DNA of 64,000 nucleotides, taken from positions 28,458,001 through 28,522,000 of the forward strand of contig CM060732.1 of NCBI GenBank assembly GCA_030704615.1. The letters are read 5' to 3'. The stretch is from Takakia lepidozioides. Its lineage: Eukaryota; Plantae; Bryophyta. Shown in pieces: positions 13,474 to 24,130 of this stretch. Numbering within the stretch: position 1 is the stretch's first letter; each line of letters opens with the position of its first letter. The notes beneath the pieces are model-generated. The model made no database searches. It saw only the letters and a program-made list of their open reading frames with translations, and was not told the origin of the DNA. The position numbers and the translations under genes are program-made.

Positions 13474-14533
13474 TGTCGCGTGGCTTTACTCACCCATCCC
13501 TTCGCTATCCGAGGCGGGAACTCCAAGATAGAAGAGTTGGAAATCTCTAAGCACTCAGCCCGCTTAGAACAATTAGTCATGACCTACAGCTAGTGTATCA
13601 TGGGGGTGTTTCCTATTTGTTTTCCTTCCCGCATTCATGTTAGCTAGTTACCTTACTGTTGGTATTTAAGTATCAGTTTGCTTCAGCAATCTATCGGATT
13701 CCATCAACTCATCCATTCATTCCACAGCTTCACTCAGATCTCTCTACACAGTGTGAGTATGAAGTATGTATCAGATTAATATCTATCAAGTATCAGGCTG
13801 AAGCCATGGAGTCTCTAATCTGCTCTACATTACAACTCTGCTGCTTGCATTCATCAAGCATCAACAGATCGTTCTCCTCCTACTCCGTGCTCTCCCTCTT
13901 TCTGCTCAGAGATGTGCTCTCTGCCTCATTTTCCCCCAGTGATGTCCGAAGTCCCCCAAGAAGTGATCCTTCTCCAGTCTTTGCTCCTGGCTTTATCTTC
14001 CTACCCGTTGTTCTAACCGTTTCCCTCACTAACCGTCATCTGTGAACTAACATGTTCCATTCGCAGATGTTGTTCTCCACAGTCGTTCCGTGTCTTGCTA
14101 TCCGTTCCTTATGGTCGTGAGAGCTGTGTCAAGCTGTGACTGGCTGTGTGAAACTGTGACTGGCTGTGCAACTGTGTTGGGCTGTGTCGAGCTGTGTCGA
14201 GCTGTGACTAGCTGTGACGGCTGTGTTTGGATGTGGCGGCTGTGTCGGCTGTGTCGGACTGTGACGGGCTGTAATGGACTGTGACGGGCTGTGTTGGACT
14301 GTGACGGGCTGTGTCGGCTGTGTCGACTGTGTCGGACTATGACGGGCTGTGATGGACTGTGACGGGCTGTGTTGGACTGTGATGAGCTATGTTGGCTGTG
14401 ACAGGCTGTGTAACCCCCCCCTAAAGTGCGTTGCTGTCACCCCTAAGGCTCTTGTTGGTCTCAGTCTTTGCAAAAATTAAGGGTACCCCACAGATCCCGT
14501 AAAAGTGCCTAAGTCCCAGACAGTCCTCTAACA
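13474..14533 (-). mobile_element. 3' LTR of Gypsy copy 3
   Basis: tgtcgcg...ctaaca; near-identical to the solo LTR; PPT (ttaccccttcccctctc) at 14534-14550. Confidence 0.9.
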
Positions 14534-14923
14534 TTACCCCTTCCCCTCTCAAAAAGCCGTGTCCTCACGGTTTACTGTTGGGGATTTGTAACCCTTTGTG
14601 AGCGAGCACCCTTCTGATGGTTAGAGTCTCGTGAAGGACTCCGTGTGCGAGCCCGTGTTCTGTCACTGGTTGAGGGAGATGATTGAACACTACCTGGATA
14701 TGTCAGTCCCTCTGGAGGCTGATATCGAGGTAATCTTTCAGGCATAGGAGACCCCCGTCGCTTCTTCTCTGCCATCTGAATTGCATAGTCCTCTGCCATG
14801 TCAAAAGAGTCCGCTGAAGAAACAGTTGTTTCAAAATCCTCGTCCCCCCTGAGGTGTTTTAACTGTCAAACTTTAACTGGAATTCTCGAGGGCATACGAT
14901 GTTGTCCCACCATGTCTGGAAGT

Positions 14924-17900
14924 TTAAACTGTAAAACTTGTTGTAAGCGCTGAATTGCAAAATTGGTGAAGACCCTGAACTCCGTGATCCCCACTGGAAT
15001 AACTCAGAAAGCGCAATTGCATCTTCTGCTGCTCAATGTGATAATGTGCCAGAAAACAAGCAGCGTAGTATAACCCGCAGCCCATGACAATACTTGCTAC
15101 CTCCTTGGTCTTGGTATAAATGAATCCATGTACCACTTGGAAGGCAATTAATTCCTTCAGCATGGTACTTGCCTCATGCCAGTACTGCGCAAAGTAATGA
15201 TCCTCAATTGGTTGATTGTTCGGAAGAACTTTAGTCCTAGTTGCCACTGGCAGCCAAATGCGCATGATTTGATAGTAATGTACCAGCGACTGCGGAGGAC
15301 TAAATTCTTTCCAAGCCAAATCCAACACAATGGGAATTTGGTTGAAGGGCATAATCATAGCCCGACTGTACTCCCGTGCAGTAGGAGTTTTAGGTGGGTT
15401 AAAAGCAGCATCCCCCCATACCTCAGGCTGTGGTGGCTGTGGTGTGGCTGTAGTAACAACAGGGTCAGCTACTGGCACAGTGACTTGTTGTGGTGTTGGT
15501 GGCACTGGCTCTTGTACCATTGGCATCTCCTGCACCCCCTGTGAAGAAGACTGAAAAGCCAAAGTTTTCGCTTGTAAATAAGAAGCCATTAGCTGTTCCT
15601 CAGGTACACAGACTCTCTTGTCAATATTTGAAGTGAGGTCCTCCACTTGATTCTGCAGGCCGTCTACATCCTCCTGTAACTCCGCTATTCTACTATAGAC
15701 ATTGTCTATAGTAGTTGTGGCAATGTTCTGCACTTGCAGTCTGAGCTCATTCATCTCGCTTTGGGTGAGCTTTCGTGGTGCTTTGCCCTCCACCGGCCCT
15801 TGTGCTAACCAGACCTGCATAAGGTGGTTATCCACCAAGTTGCTTGTGGCACCCCTTAGAGTCTGCTCCTCTGTGAGCCTGTACACATCTATCTGCTGCT
15901 GTAAAGCCTCCATGCGCTTTGCATGAGGTTCAACCAAACTCGCATAGGCAGCAGCCAGATTATTGGCTTCCTTCCAAGCCTTGTTAGCCACAGAGAGTTC
16001 ATTTCTATTTACCATGAGCGTTTGTTGCAACTCCAAGATGTACCTCTCTTGGTCAGCTTCAACCTGCCTGTATTGCTTGAAAGTATTCTCATTGCAACAG
16101 ATTGTATTCTTCATATCGACAATGAGTTTCACTTGCTCAACATTATCTGCCTCTGCCTTCGTACATCTTTCCGCTTGACTGTTTATTTCTATTGTAGCTT
16201 GGTCAAGCATAGTTGTGAGTATAGCACATTGTATGGCCATCTTGTCATGCACTGTCTGCAACTCCGTATGTAGTGCATTAACTTCTTGCAACTTGCTTTC
16301 ATGCTTCATCTGCATTTGGTATAGCTGTTGCTTATGTGTTTCGTGCAACTGGTCTTGCGCGAGGCCTGCCTCAATCAATTGTTCCTTGGCCAATTGCAAA
16401 GCCGCTTCTGTACTCTCTAAGTCTTGCTGCATCTTGAGAGTGACCTCTTCATCGACCTTGTTTGCACACTCAGTGGCAAGTCGAGCCTCAAACGCCTTCC
16501 TGAGTTCCTCCCTCAAAGCTGCCAATTGGGTAGTTGGAACATGGGATTTGACATAAGTGCCCAACAAATTAAGTGTCCTGCTTATGGAACTCATAAGCAT
16601 GACCTGTTGAGGGTCATTATGGTGAGCTTGCTGTTGTTCTCCTTGATCCTCAACAGTGTGATGCCTCACTAACCACTCAGGCCATTGCCCCACCAGATTT
16701 TCTTCCTGAACCACTTCATCCGTCACCGGTGCTGCAGTGTCTTGACATTCTACCTGTGGTACCTCCGTCACAGGTGTGTGTATTATATACACCGCAGGGT
16801 TTCCCCTGGACAACCGTTGCACCTCCGGAATCACTGTTTCCCTGACCAAACCAGAATATTCATAGAGAAGGTCCCCCTTCTCAATTTCTGCCACCACCTG
16901 TTCTGTAGTGGGAATATCTAACCCTTCTTTCTCCAAATCAATTATTTCTGGTGGAACTGCCTGGACAACTTGTGGTAACTCTGTGACAAGCCGATCATCT
17001 GGTTGTGATGGATGTGATACTGAAGTAACTTCCTCTTCCCTCTCTGAAGGTCCTGCTTCCAATAATAGCAGTTCTCTGTGCTGTTGTGCTCCTTCCTGCA
17101 CAAGAGCTTGGGAAACATTATCATGCGGTTTCCATGAAGCCAGTGGATCCACCACTACAGTCTTTCCCCGCCTCTGTCTCTTAGTCTGGGGTTGCCCTGC
17201 CAGTCCACCCTCACTATGTGAAGAGCCTTGCTCTTCCATTGCAGTGGTTTCAGTTTCAAACACTCCCATCTCCTTTCTTTCTCGAGCATCAAGTATGCAA
17301 GAATCAAGAATTATTTGAGCAATGATTGGGCCAGACACTATGATAGGAGACTTTGCGGCAGTGCCCTGTAATTTTTTCATCTCCTCTACCAGTGCGTTGT
17401 ACATTATGTCCGCCCATGCTACCTCTTCTCCTCTCAGGGCTTTGAGTATTTCCTCTGTGAAGGATATGCTCAAATACTGTTGGTTCTGTTTCATGGCAAA
17501 CAGAACGTTCAATACCTGGCCTACCTCCCTTAGCCCTAGGTAGACGGCCTTGGTACAAGCATAACCTTGAGTTTTAAAGAAACTCCCTTCTTGGAATAAG
17601 TCCCCTATTTGCAGTCTTGCCCTGTGCTCCTCCACATGCACCTGACCTGATGGCAATTCAAACAATCGCTGTAGGTATAGGGGAGTAATTTCTAATTCAA
17701 CTCCCTTCACCGTTGTTGCTCCTGTCCTAGGCTCAAAGTTCTGCAAGAATTGTAACATGTACTGTCTATGGTGCAATGTCCAATCTTTGCTTTGCAATCC
17801 TTCCAATCGCAGCTCCTTCAGTAACTGTACCGCCTGTGGAGTAGCAATCGTTTGTTTCTGCAGGATTGTGGTGCTCTTCACCCTGATTTCTTCCATTCCT

Positions 17901-18562
17901 CTCACTCTCTTCATTCTAGACCCACAGAAAGGTTTTGGCTGTAACAATTGAAGAATTGCCTGCAGGGCACAAAGCATAAACGTATGGTTGCCACAAAAAG
18001 CTATGGGTAATTTCTTGTAAGCCTGAGGGGCTTGCAAGCATCGATTAAGAGAAAAGATCCGCTCTGTTCTTCCGTCCCTATGCCACTGCGTAAGTAATAT
18101 TGCGAGCGTATAGTCTGTTAGTTCCTCCATAGCTTCAAAGCTATAGCATTGATGGTTTGTCCCGTTGAGACGCCCGTTACTTAGAACGACACCGACTCTT
18201 GCGCTTAAATTCCCTCCAATTTCTTGATCGTGGATTTTAGATTTAATTTTCTTTAGTGGACTTTCCCTGCTGGACTGTCCACTAAGATAACACATGTGAC
18301 AAGAATTTCGTTTTTCTGTACTTGCCGTTTGTTCCGTTGCCCTTTTTCCGTATTCATTAATGGGCCCGCCATTCATCTGAATTGGCGTGCTAAGTAGGTA
18401 CTTTGACGGCCATTCTTGTCCTCTTTCTTGATGACACCTATTCTTGCACTTCCTTCTCAGCTGTGTGTCGTGCCCTGACTTCCACGTGTCCCTTTCTAAA
18501 CTGGCTTCCGTCCTTTCTTCCGCCGGCCATTTCCCTGAAGTTATCCTACGTCCACCTGTCAC
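14924..18562 (-). CDS. Extra ORF of Gypsy copy 3 (1212 aa open; plant-retrotransposon accessory-type domain plus long coiled coil); true start uncertain, C-terminus frameshifted by a ~210-bp deletion at ~14984
   Basis: Long uninterrupted ORF; VKGVELEITPLYLQRLFELP motif; E/Q/L heptad-rich region; the segment at ~10690-10905 of copy 2 is missing here. Confidence 0.8.
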   Translation of the reverse strand: MTGGRRITSGKWPAEERTEASLERDTWKSGHDTQLRRKCKNRCHQERGQEWPSKYLLSTPIQMNGGPINEYGKRATEQTASTEKRNSCHMCYLSGQSSRESPLKKIKSKIHDQEIGGNLSARVGVVLSNGRLNGTNHQCYSFEAMEELTDYTLAILLTQWHRDGRTERIFSLNRCLQAPQAYKKLPIAFCGNHTFMLCALQAILQLLQPKPFCGSRMKRVRGMEEIRVKSTTILQKQTIATPQAVQLLKELRLEGLQSKDWTLHHRQYMLQFLQNFEPRTGATTVKGVELEITPLYLQRLFELPSGQVHVEEHRARLQIGDLFQEGSFFKTQGYACTKAVYLGLREVGQVLNVLFAMKQNQQYLSISFTEEILKALRGEEVAWADIMYNALVEEMKKLQGTAAKSPIIVSGPIIAQIILDSCILDARERKEMGVFETETTAMEEQGSSHSEGGLAGQPQTKRQRRGKTVVVDPLASWKPHDNVSQALVQEGAQQHRELLLLEAGPSEREEEVTSVSHPSQPDDRLVTELPQVVQAVPPEIIDLEKEGLDIPTTEQVVAEIEKGDLLYEYSGLVRETVIPEVQRLSRGNPAVYIIHTPVTEVPQVECQDTAAPVTDEVVQEENLVGQWPEWLVRHHTVEDQGEQQQAHHNDPQQVMLMSSISRTLNLLGTYVKSHVPTTQLAALREELRKAFEARLATECANKVDEEVTLKMQQDLESTEAALQLAKEQLIEAGLAQDQLHETHKQQLYQMQMKHESKLQEVNALHTELQTVHDKMAIQCAILTTMLDQATIEINSQAERCTKAEADNVEQVKLIVDMKNTICCNENTFKQYRQVEADQERYILELQQTLMVNRNELSVANKAWKEANNLAAAYASLVEPHAKRMEALQQQIDVYRLTEEQTLRGATSNLVDNHLMQVWLAQGPVEGKAPRKLTQSEMNELRLQVQNIATTTIDNVYSRIAELQEDVDGLQNQVEDLTSNIDKRVCVPEEQLMASYLQAKTLAFQSSSQGVQEMPMVQEPVPPTPQQVTVPVADPVVTTATPQPPQPEVWGDAAFNPPKTPTAREYSRAMIMPFNQIPIVLDLAWKEFSPPQSLVHYYQIMRIWLPVATRTKVLPNNQPIEDHYFAQYWHEASTMLKELIAFQVVHGFIYTKTKEVASIVMGCGLYYAACFLAHYHIEQQKMQLRFLSYSSGDHGVQGLHQFCNSALTTSFTV

Positions 18563-18589
18563 TGATTCTATGGATTGTGTAACCCTAGT

Positions 18590-19338
18590 AGGCTGTGTTG
18601 AGCTGTGACAGGCTATGTCATACTGTGGTACGCTGTGATAGGATGTGTTGCACTGTGGTAAGCTGTGATAGGCTGTGACACGCTGTGGTAGGTTGTGATA
18701 GGCTGTATTGCGCCGTGCTGGGCTGTGATAGGCTGTGTTGCGGCGTGATGGGCTATGATAGGCTATGTCGCGCCTTGATGGGTTGTGATAGGCTGTGTCG
18801 CGTCGTGATGGGCAGTGATAGGCTGTGTCGCGCCGTGATGGGCTGTGATAGGCTGTGTTGCGTTTGTTCTGCCCGCCCTGGTCATATATGCGACAAGTGC
18901 TCTATACTCCGTTGGTATCACTGGCGCAGCCCATGACTGCTTTTGCGTTTCAACATGCAAATCATGCTGCAATGGTTTGTCATGGATACCACTGTACCCC
19001 CTCAACTTATTGGCATTGACTCTTCCCAGCATCTCTTTGTTAATGGTTTGTAACATGGCGGTGTTGTTATCATACATCTTCTGTATGACATAAGGTCCTT
19101 TCCATGGTGATTTAAGCTTAGAAGCTTTAATCTTTCCCTTCTTCTGCAACCAGAGAACCAAATCTCCCGTCTTAAAAGTCTTTAACTTGCCTTCTTCAAA
19201 CTGTTCCTTCCTCTTCATCTGAATTCTGGTCATATTATCAGCTGCATCAGCACGTACTTCTTCCACATGGTATAATTCATGTTTCCTGACTTTAATTGAA
19301 TCTTGCAATTCCATTCTCTTCCCCCATTCCGTTCTCAT
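18590..19338 (-). pseudogene. 30-bp minisatellite and integrase C-terminus of Gypsy copy 3, truncated at 19338
   Basis: Near-identical to 3320-3980; MRTEWGKRMEL...WKGPY; abrupt junction to unrelated GC-rich repeats. Confidence 0.9.
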
Positions 19339-19339
19339 G

Positions 19340-20280
19340 CGAATTTCCGTCCGGGGGTTGAAATATGACGGCCAGGTGCCGGCCTCTCCCCCCTCCCCGA
19401 CTGCATTGGAACGGCCCCGGATGGAAATTCGGCGCCGTTTTTCCATCTGGGGAGGTTTTTATGTCGGCCAGTTTTCGGCCTGACCCCCCGACACGACTTC
19501 CTTTGGGGGGGCCCGGATGACAATTCGGCGCCGAATCTCCATCCAGGGGATGCTCTCTGTCGAACACGTGCCGGCCTCTACGCCCGAGGCGACTTCATCC
19601 GGGCGTCCCCTGTTGGATATTCGGTGCCGAATTTCCGTCCCGGGGTTGAAATGTGACGGCTAGGGCCGGCCTCTCCCCCCTCCCCGACTGCATCCGAACC
19701 GCCCCGGATGGAAATTCGGCGCCGTTTTTCCATCTGGGGATGTTTTTATTGCGGCCAGTTTTCGGCCTGACCCCCCGACACGACTTCCTTTGGGGGGGCC
19801 CAGATGTAAATTCGGCGCCGAATCTCCATCCAGGGGATATTCTCTGTCGCACACGCGCCGGCCTCTGCGCCCGAGGCGACTTCATCCGGGCTTCCCCTGT
19901 TGTATATTCGGTGCCGAATTTCCGTCCGGGGGTTGTAATGTGAGGGCCAGATGGCGGCCTTTCCCCCGAGCCGACTGCATCCGAAAGGCCTCGGATTGAA
20001 ATTCGGCGCCTTCTTTCCATCCGCGGAGGTTTTTATGTCGGCCAGTTTTCGGCGTGACCCCCCGACAGGACTTCCTTTGGGGGGATCCGAATGGAAATTC
20101 GGCGCTGAATTTCCATCCAGGGGATGTTCTCTGTCGGACAAGTGCCGGCATCTCTGCCCCAGACGACTTCATCCGTGCGGCCCCTGTTGGATATTGGGTG
20201 CCGAATTTCCATTCGGGGGTAGTAATGTGACGGCACGGTGCCGGCTTCTCCCCTTCAGCCGACATCATCCGGACGGCCCC
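19340..20280. repeat. ~287-bp GC-rich tandem repeat (~3.3 copies) with ATTCGGCGCCGAAT palindromes
   Basis: gaatttccgtcc(g/c)ggggttg recurs at ~19340, 19629 and 19916, with a variant at ~20203. Confidence 0.88.
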
Positions 20281-20498
20281 CCACTTTCTGACTGCATACC
20301 GTTGGCAGTTATTGCGCAAAGACCAGGGGCCGCATTCCGGAGACAAGGTTCATTAACACTCTGACTGTGGATTTGTGATTTGGATCAGGCTTCGTCGCTC
20401 GGACAAATCGGCACCGCATTCCTTCCCATCGCTGCATCCCCCTTCTACCAGGGAGCTTGCCCGCACGCCATCCTGGCAGTCTTGTGTGCACATCTCCC

Positions 20499-23400
20499 AT
20501 GGCGGAAAACCCGAGCGCTACAGTGTACTGCCCTCCTCACGAGCATAGAGCTTCATTTCCGTGCAGAGGGGACATCTGCCGGGTGATGGAGAAATATCTG
20601 TGCGTTCGATACCACCTGAAACCGGGGTCGGTTTTTTTGGAGGAGGAAAGGAAGGACTCAAACGGCCTTGTTGTCGAGAGTATTGTTGTGCTCCACGATG
20701 ATTTCGGCGATGGCAGGGAATGGCGAGTTCCACCATCGGACAGCGTCATATACAGGGCTGTTGGGGACTTCATTTGCCCGCCAAATGCACCTTCTATCTT
20801 GGCGCCTTCCACGAAACAATCCGCGAATCAGAGAGTGGCTACCTCAAAGAGAGAAGTCCGCAACGAAGTAAATCCAGAACCGAACCCATCCATGAAGACA
20901 AGCGAGAACCGGGTTGTTCACAACCTGTCCGACTCAGACGAGGTCATGGAAGTTCCGAGGTCGTCCTGGAGATCAGGCAAGTCCTCAATGGACGTCAGTG
21001 GACGAGGGAGTCATATTCCCAGCACGAGCACCGCAGTTTGATCTATTCTTGAAATTGTGCGAGGGCTTCACCTGGAGGGACACCGGTCGGAGCTGGCCGG
21101 GCTGGACTACAGCAAGTTCGCAATTAAATCGGTTACATGCCTTCCCGCTGACGTCGACGGTAATATCTTCTTTGAGTTCCCTCCTCGGGCGGACTACTCG
21201 AGGGCGTCCGGAATGTTGACAGATATGGATAGAAAACATGACGGTCATCCTTGGTGCGTTACCAAAACCACCAGCATGAAGATGCTCGATGGTGTGCGGG
21301 TGCGCTACGTTGTTTGTGCGGGCGCGTTGCGGTGTTTCTCCCCAACTTGCTTCCACTTTAAATCCAGAGGTCACAGGAACGAGACCGATTGGACAGGCAC
21401 AACTCATCAACCATTTCGAGCTCAGGAGAAGGTTCCAAACTCCACATTTAAGTGTGCACATTGCAAAGAACCACCACACTGCATGTCTATTTGTAATGCC
21501 AAGCAGTATTTGCACCGTTTCCCTAACCTCACCCGAGCTTGCATACACGTTGGTTCCCACTGTCACAAATTGGCGAGGGGGAACTCGCGGGAGGCTGCCC
21601 ACGAGGCAGAGCATCTCGTTCAGGAGGAGGTTAAGTTGAGACCGGGTGCCAAACCCAAACAGATATAGCTCCAAGCCGCCCATAAGATGGCATTGGCCAG
21701 AATTATGTCGGAAGACGGCTCCGATAGAGTTCCTCTCGATGAGAAGGAAATGGAGGCATTGCTGGAGTCGGTGTCCCACGTATGTTCACCGAATGTCCGA
21801 AACTGCAAACAGAAAATTGGGCGTGGCTCAGATATGCACTCCATTCTGGAGGTGAAGCGACGATGTGGATATGACTACATTCATGGAAGTAGGTTTCCAG
21901 GACAAGGGACTGAGGCAGATCGTTGTTTCGTATTCAAAATGTCCACGTGTGGACCTGGCAGCGGCGTCGAACTGGTCGACAGGATGACGAGTGGGGACTT
22001 GTCAAACAGTTGGGTCATGTTCGACCATATCAAGCGAATTACAAATCACCAGTGGGTGACAATGGGTGCACGTGTCTACGACACCCACTGCAGGATGCTA
22101 ATGACAATTGCTATTTGTGAGATGAAATGAGAGGACACACAATCGGAGATGCTTCTTTGGCAGGGAATAAACGAACAGATGGCCAAGGCAGAATATTATT
22201 CTTGGCCATATTTGTAACTTGCTTGTAACCTCAATATGTGCTTGTGCAGGAAATGTGTCTCGACTCAGACACCGACATGCCTACGACAAACATGGCCAAA
22301 TCAGTGCACTCTTCCTGGCGTGCCTCCTCTGCGGCGCATCTGGTGGACATCCTCACTGCCACAACGGAGGACATTGTGAGGTCAATTATGCAGCAATGCA
22401 GGTACAACGAGTTCTTGAAAGGGAAACAGTGGGGCTTGGGGCCGGACAGGCAGGAAATGCTGATGCGGACTGCCTCTAGATCGAAGAATCCTCGGAAGTG
22501 GGCGGCGGCCTTGCGAGAGGGCCTTCGGGACACGCCATTGCTTCGAAGAGGCCAACATTTGGAAGGAGATGTTCATACCCGTCTAGTGAGACGAAGACTT
22601 GACGAGGCACCTAGCGGAGAAGAGGATTCATGGCGAGCTGACAAGAATATTCGCACGCTCCCTCGTGGTCCGGTGATGTTGCCCGAGGAGGTCTCGTCGA
22701 GCACCGCAAGTCCTGCACGTTCAAGATCGCCATCTCCTTTAAGCATAGGGCGCGTGCCCCGGCAACATAACGAGCCATCGGTAGTAAAGCAGTACAACAT
22801 TTCCATTGTGGAGACAAGAGTGTCGGAGTCACAGTGGAGAATTGCGAGGACATTGCCGGCATTTCGAGGGAAGTGCTGCGCCATCCGGGTGGATACGAGA
22901 GCACGCTCTGGTGAGATGATTTGGAGGAACCCACACATTGCTGTACCTGCACCTTGTTTCAGCGGCAGATTTTTGACTCCCACATTTGCTCATGCCACAA
23001 CGCAGACATTTTGGTTCTGTAGGCACGACATAATGACCTGTGTATTTGGCAAGCCCAAGTACGAGATTCAGGGAATGCCGGAGCCTCCGGGCGTCTGGCC
23101 TGTTGCACCGGGTTGCAGCCTCTCTCAGAATGAGGCGGATGCTCTATTGCAGCAGGATTTCGAATGGTGCAACGCACAGACATCCCGGTCCACGCATTTC
23201 CGGTTCCTCAGACCCAGCCATTGCAGACTGCTCGGTCCAGTAGAGACGGATTGGACAATTCTGCACATCCCACAATGCGATTCGGAAGAGTGAAGAGACG
23301 ACACCCTCCCAACAAGTTGAATGAGACTCGGATTGCCAATGCTCTTGGGATGGCTTGCACTATTCAGAGCTCCGTGGACGTACCCCCACCCGGCCTTGGG

Positions 23401-23667
23401 CGTGTGTATCGGATGGCAACGGCCGGCTCGGCTGTACGCGACGATGTATACACAATTACAATTGGAGTGGAGCCGACTTGCAATTGTACGGACTTCTCGT
23501 TGATGGAAGCAAAGAAGGGTTCGAAGTATTATCCGTGCAAGCATCTGTATTACATTTACCTGAAGAGGTTGAGGATGAACGTGACTATTGATGACTTTAT
23601 TCATGCACCGGCGTTGAGCGTGAACGAGCTGCACAAACTCCTCCTTAGGGATTCCAGAAATCATTGA
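20499..23667 (+). pseudogene. MULE transposase (Cys/His GCM-like DNA-binding region, DDE core partly deleted, C-terminal SWIM finger)
   Basis: DGHPWC...C...C..C...H.G.H.H; WVMFDHIKR; MPTTNMAK; SWIM CNCTDF...PCKHLY; stops and frameshifts; region with the second Asp and CxxH deleted at ~22190 relative to the 33097-37629 homolog. Confidence 0.8.
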
Positions 23668-23822
23668 TGGGGCAAAGGGAATCCTCCATATGGATATTTT
23701 CAATTGCATTTTGCTGTATCAGACTTTTTTTTTGCAGTGTAATGAAATGCACCCCAAAACTCCTGGAATGAGGCAATATTCCATTCAAACTGAGATCCAA
23801 CAAAAGCAGTTGTGGGGCCATT

Positions 23823-24130
23823 TCTGGAAAAATGGTGCCGAATTTCTCTTTTTGGGGCCGAAAACTGGCTAAGTCCCAACATGCACTGGTACCGTGTCTG
23901 GAAAAATGGCGTCGAATTTCTCTTTTTTGGGCCGAAAACTGGCTAAGTCCCAACATGCACTGGTACCGTGTCTGGAAAAATGGCGCCGAATTTCTCTTTT
24001 TTGGGCCGAAAACTGGCTAAGTCCCAACATGCACTGGTACAGTGTCTGGAAAAATGGCGCCGAATTTCCCTATTTTGCGCCGAAAACTGGCTAAGTCCGA
24101 ACATGCACTGGAAAAATGGCGCCGAATTAC
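23823..24130. repeat. 74-bp subterminal tandem repeat (4+ copies)
   Basis: tctggaaaaatggcgccgaatttctc...aagtcccaacatgcactgg at 23823, 23897, 23971, 24045. Confidence 0.92.

Noticed and set aside
19292-20364. Many overlapping short ORFs
   Set aside because: Stop-poor GC-rich tandem repeat; no domain signal.
23823-24130. Regular repeats resembling a CRISPR array (also 3320-3490 and 48860-49563)
   Set aside because: Head-to-tail tandem units with no unique spacers, no cas genes, eukaryotic TE context.
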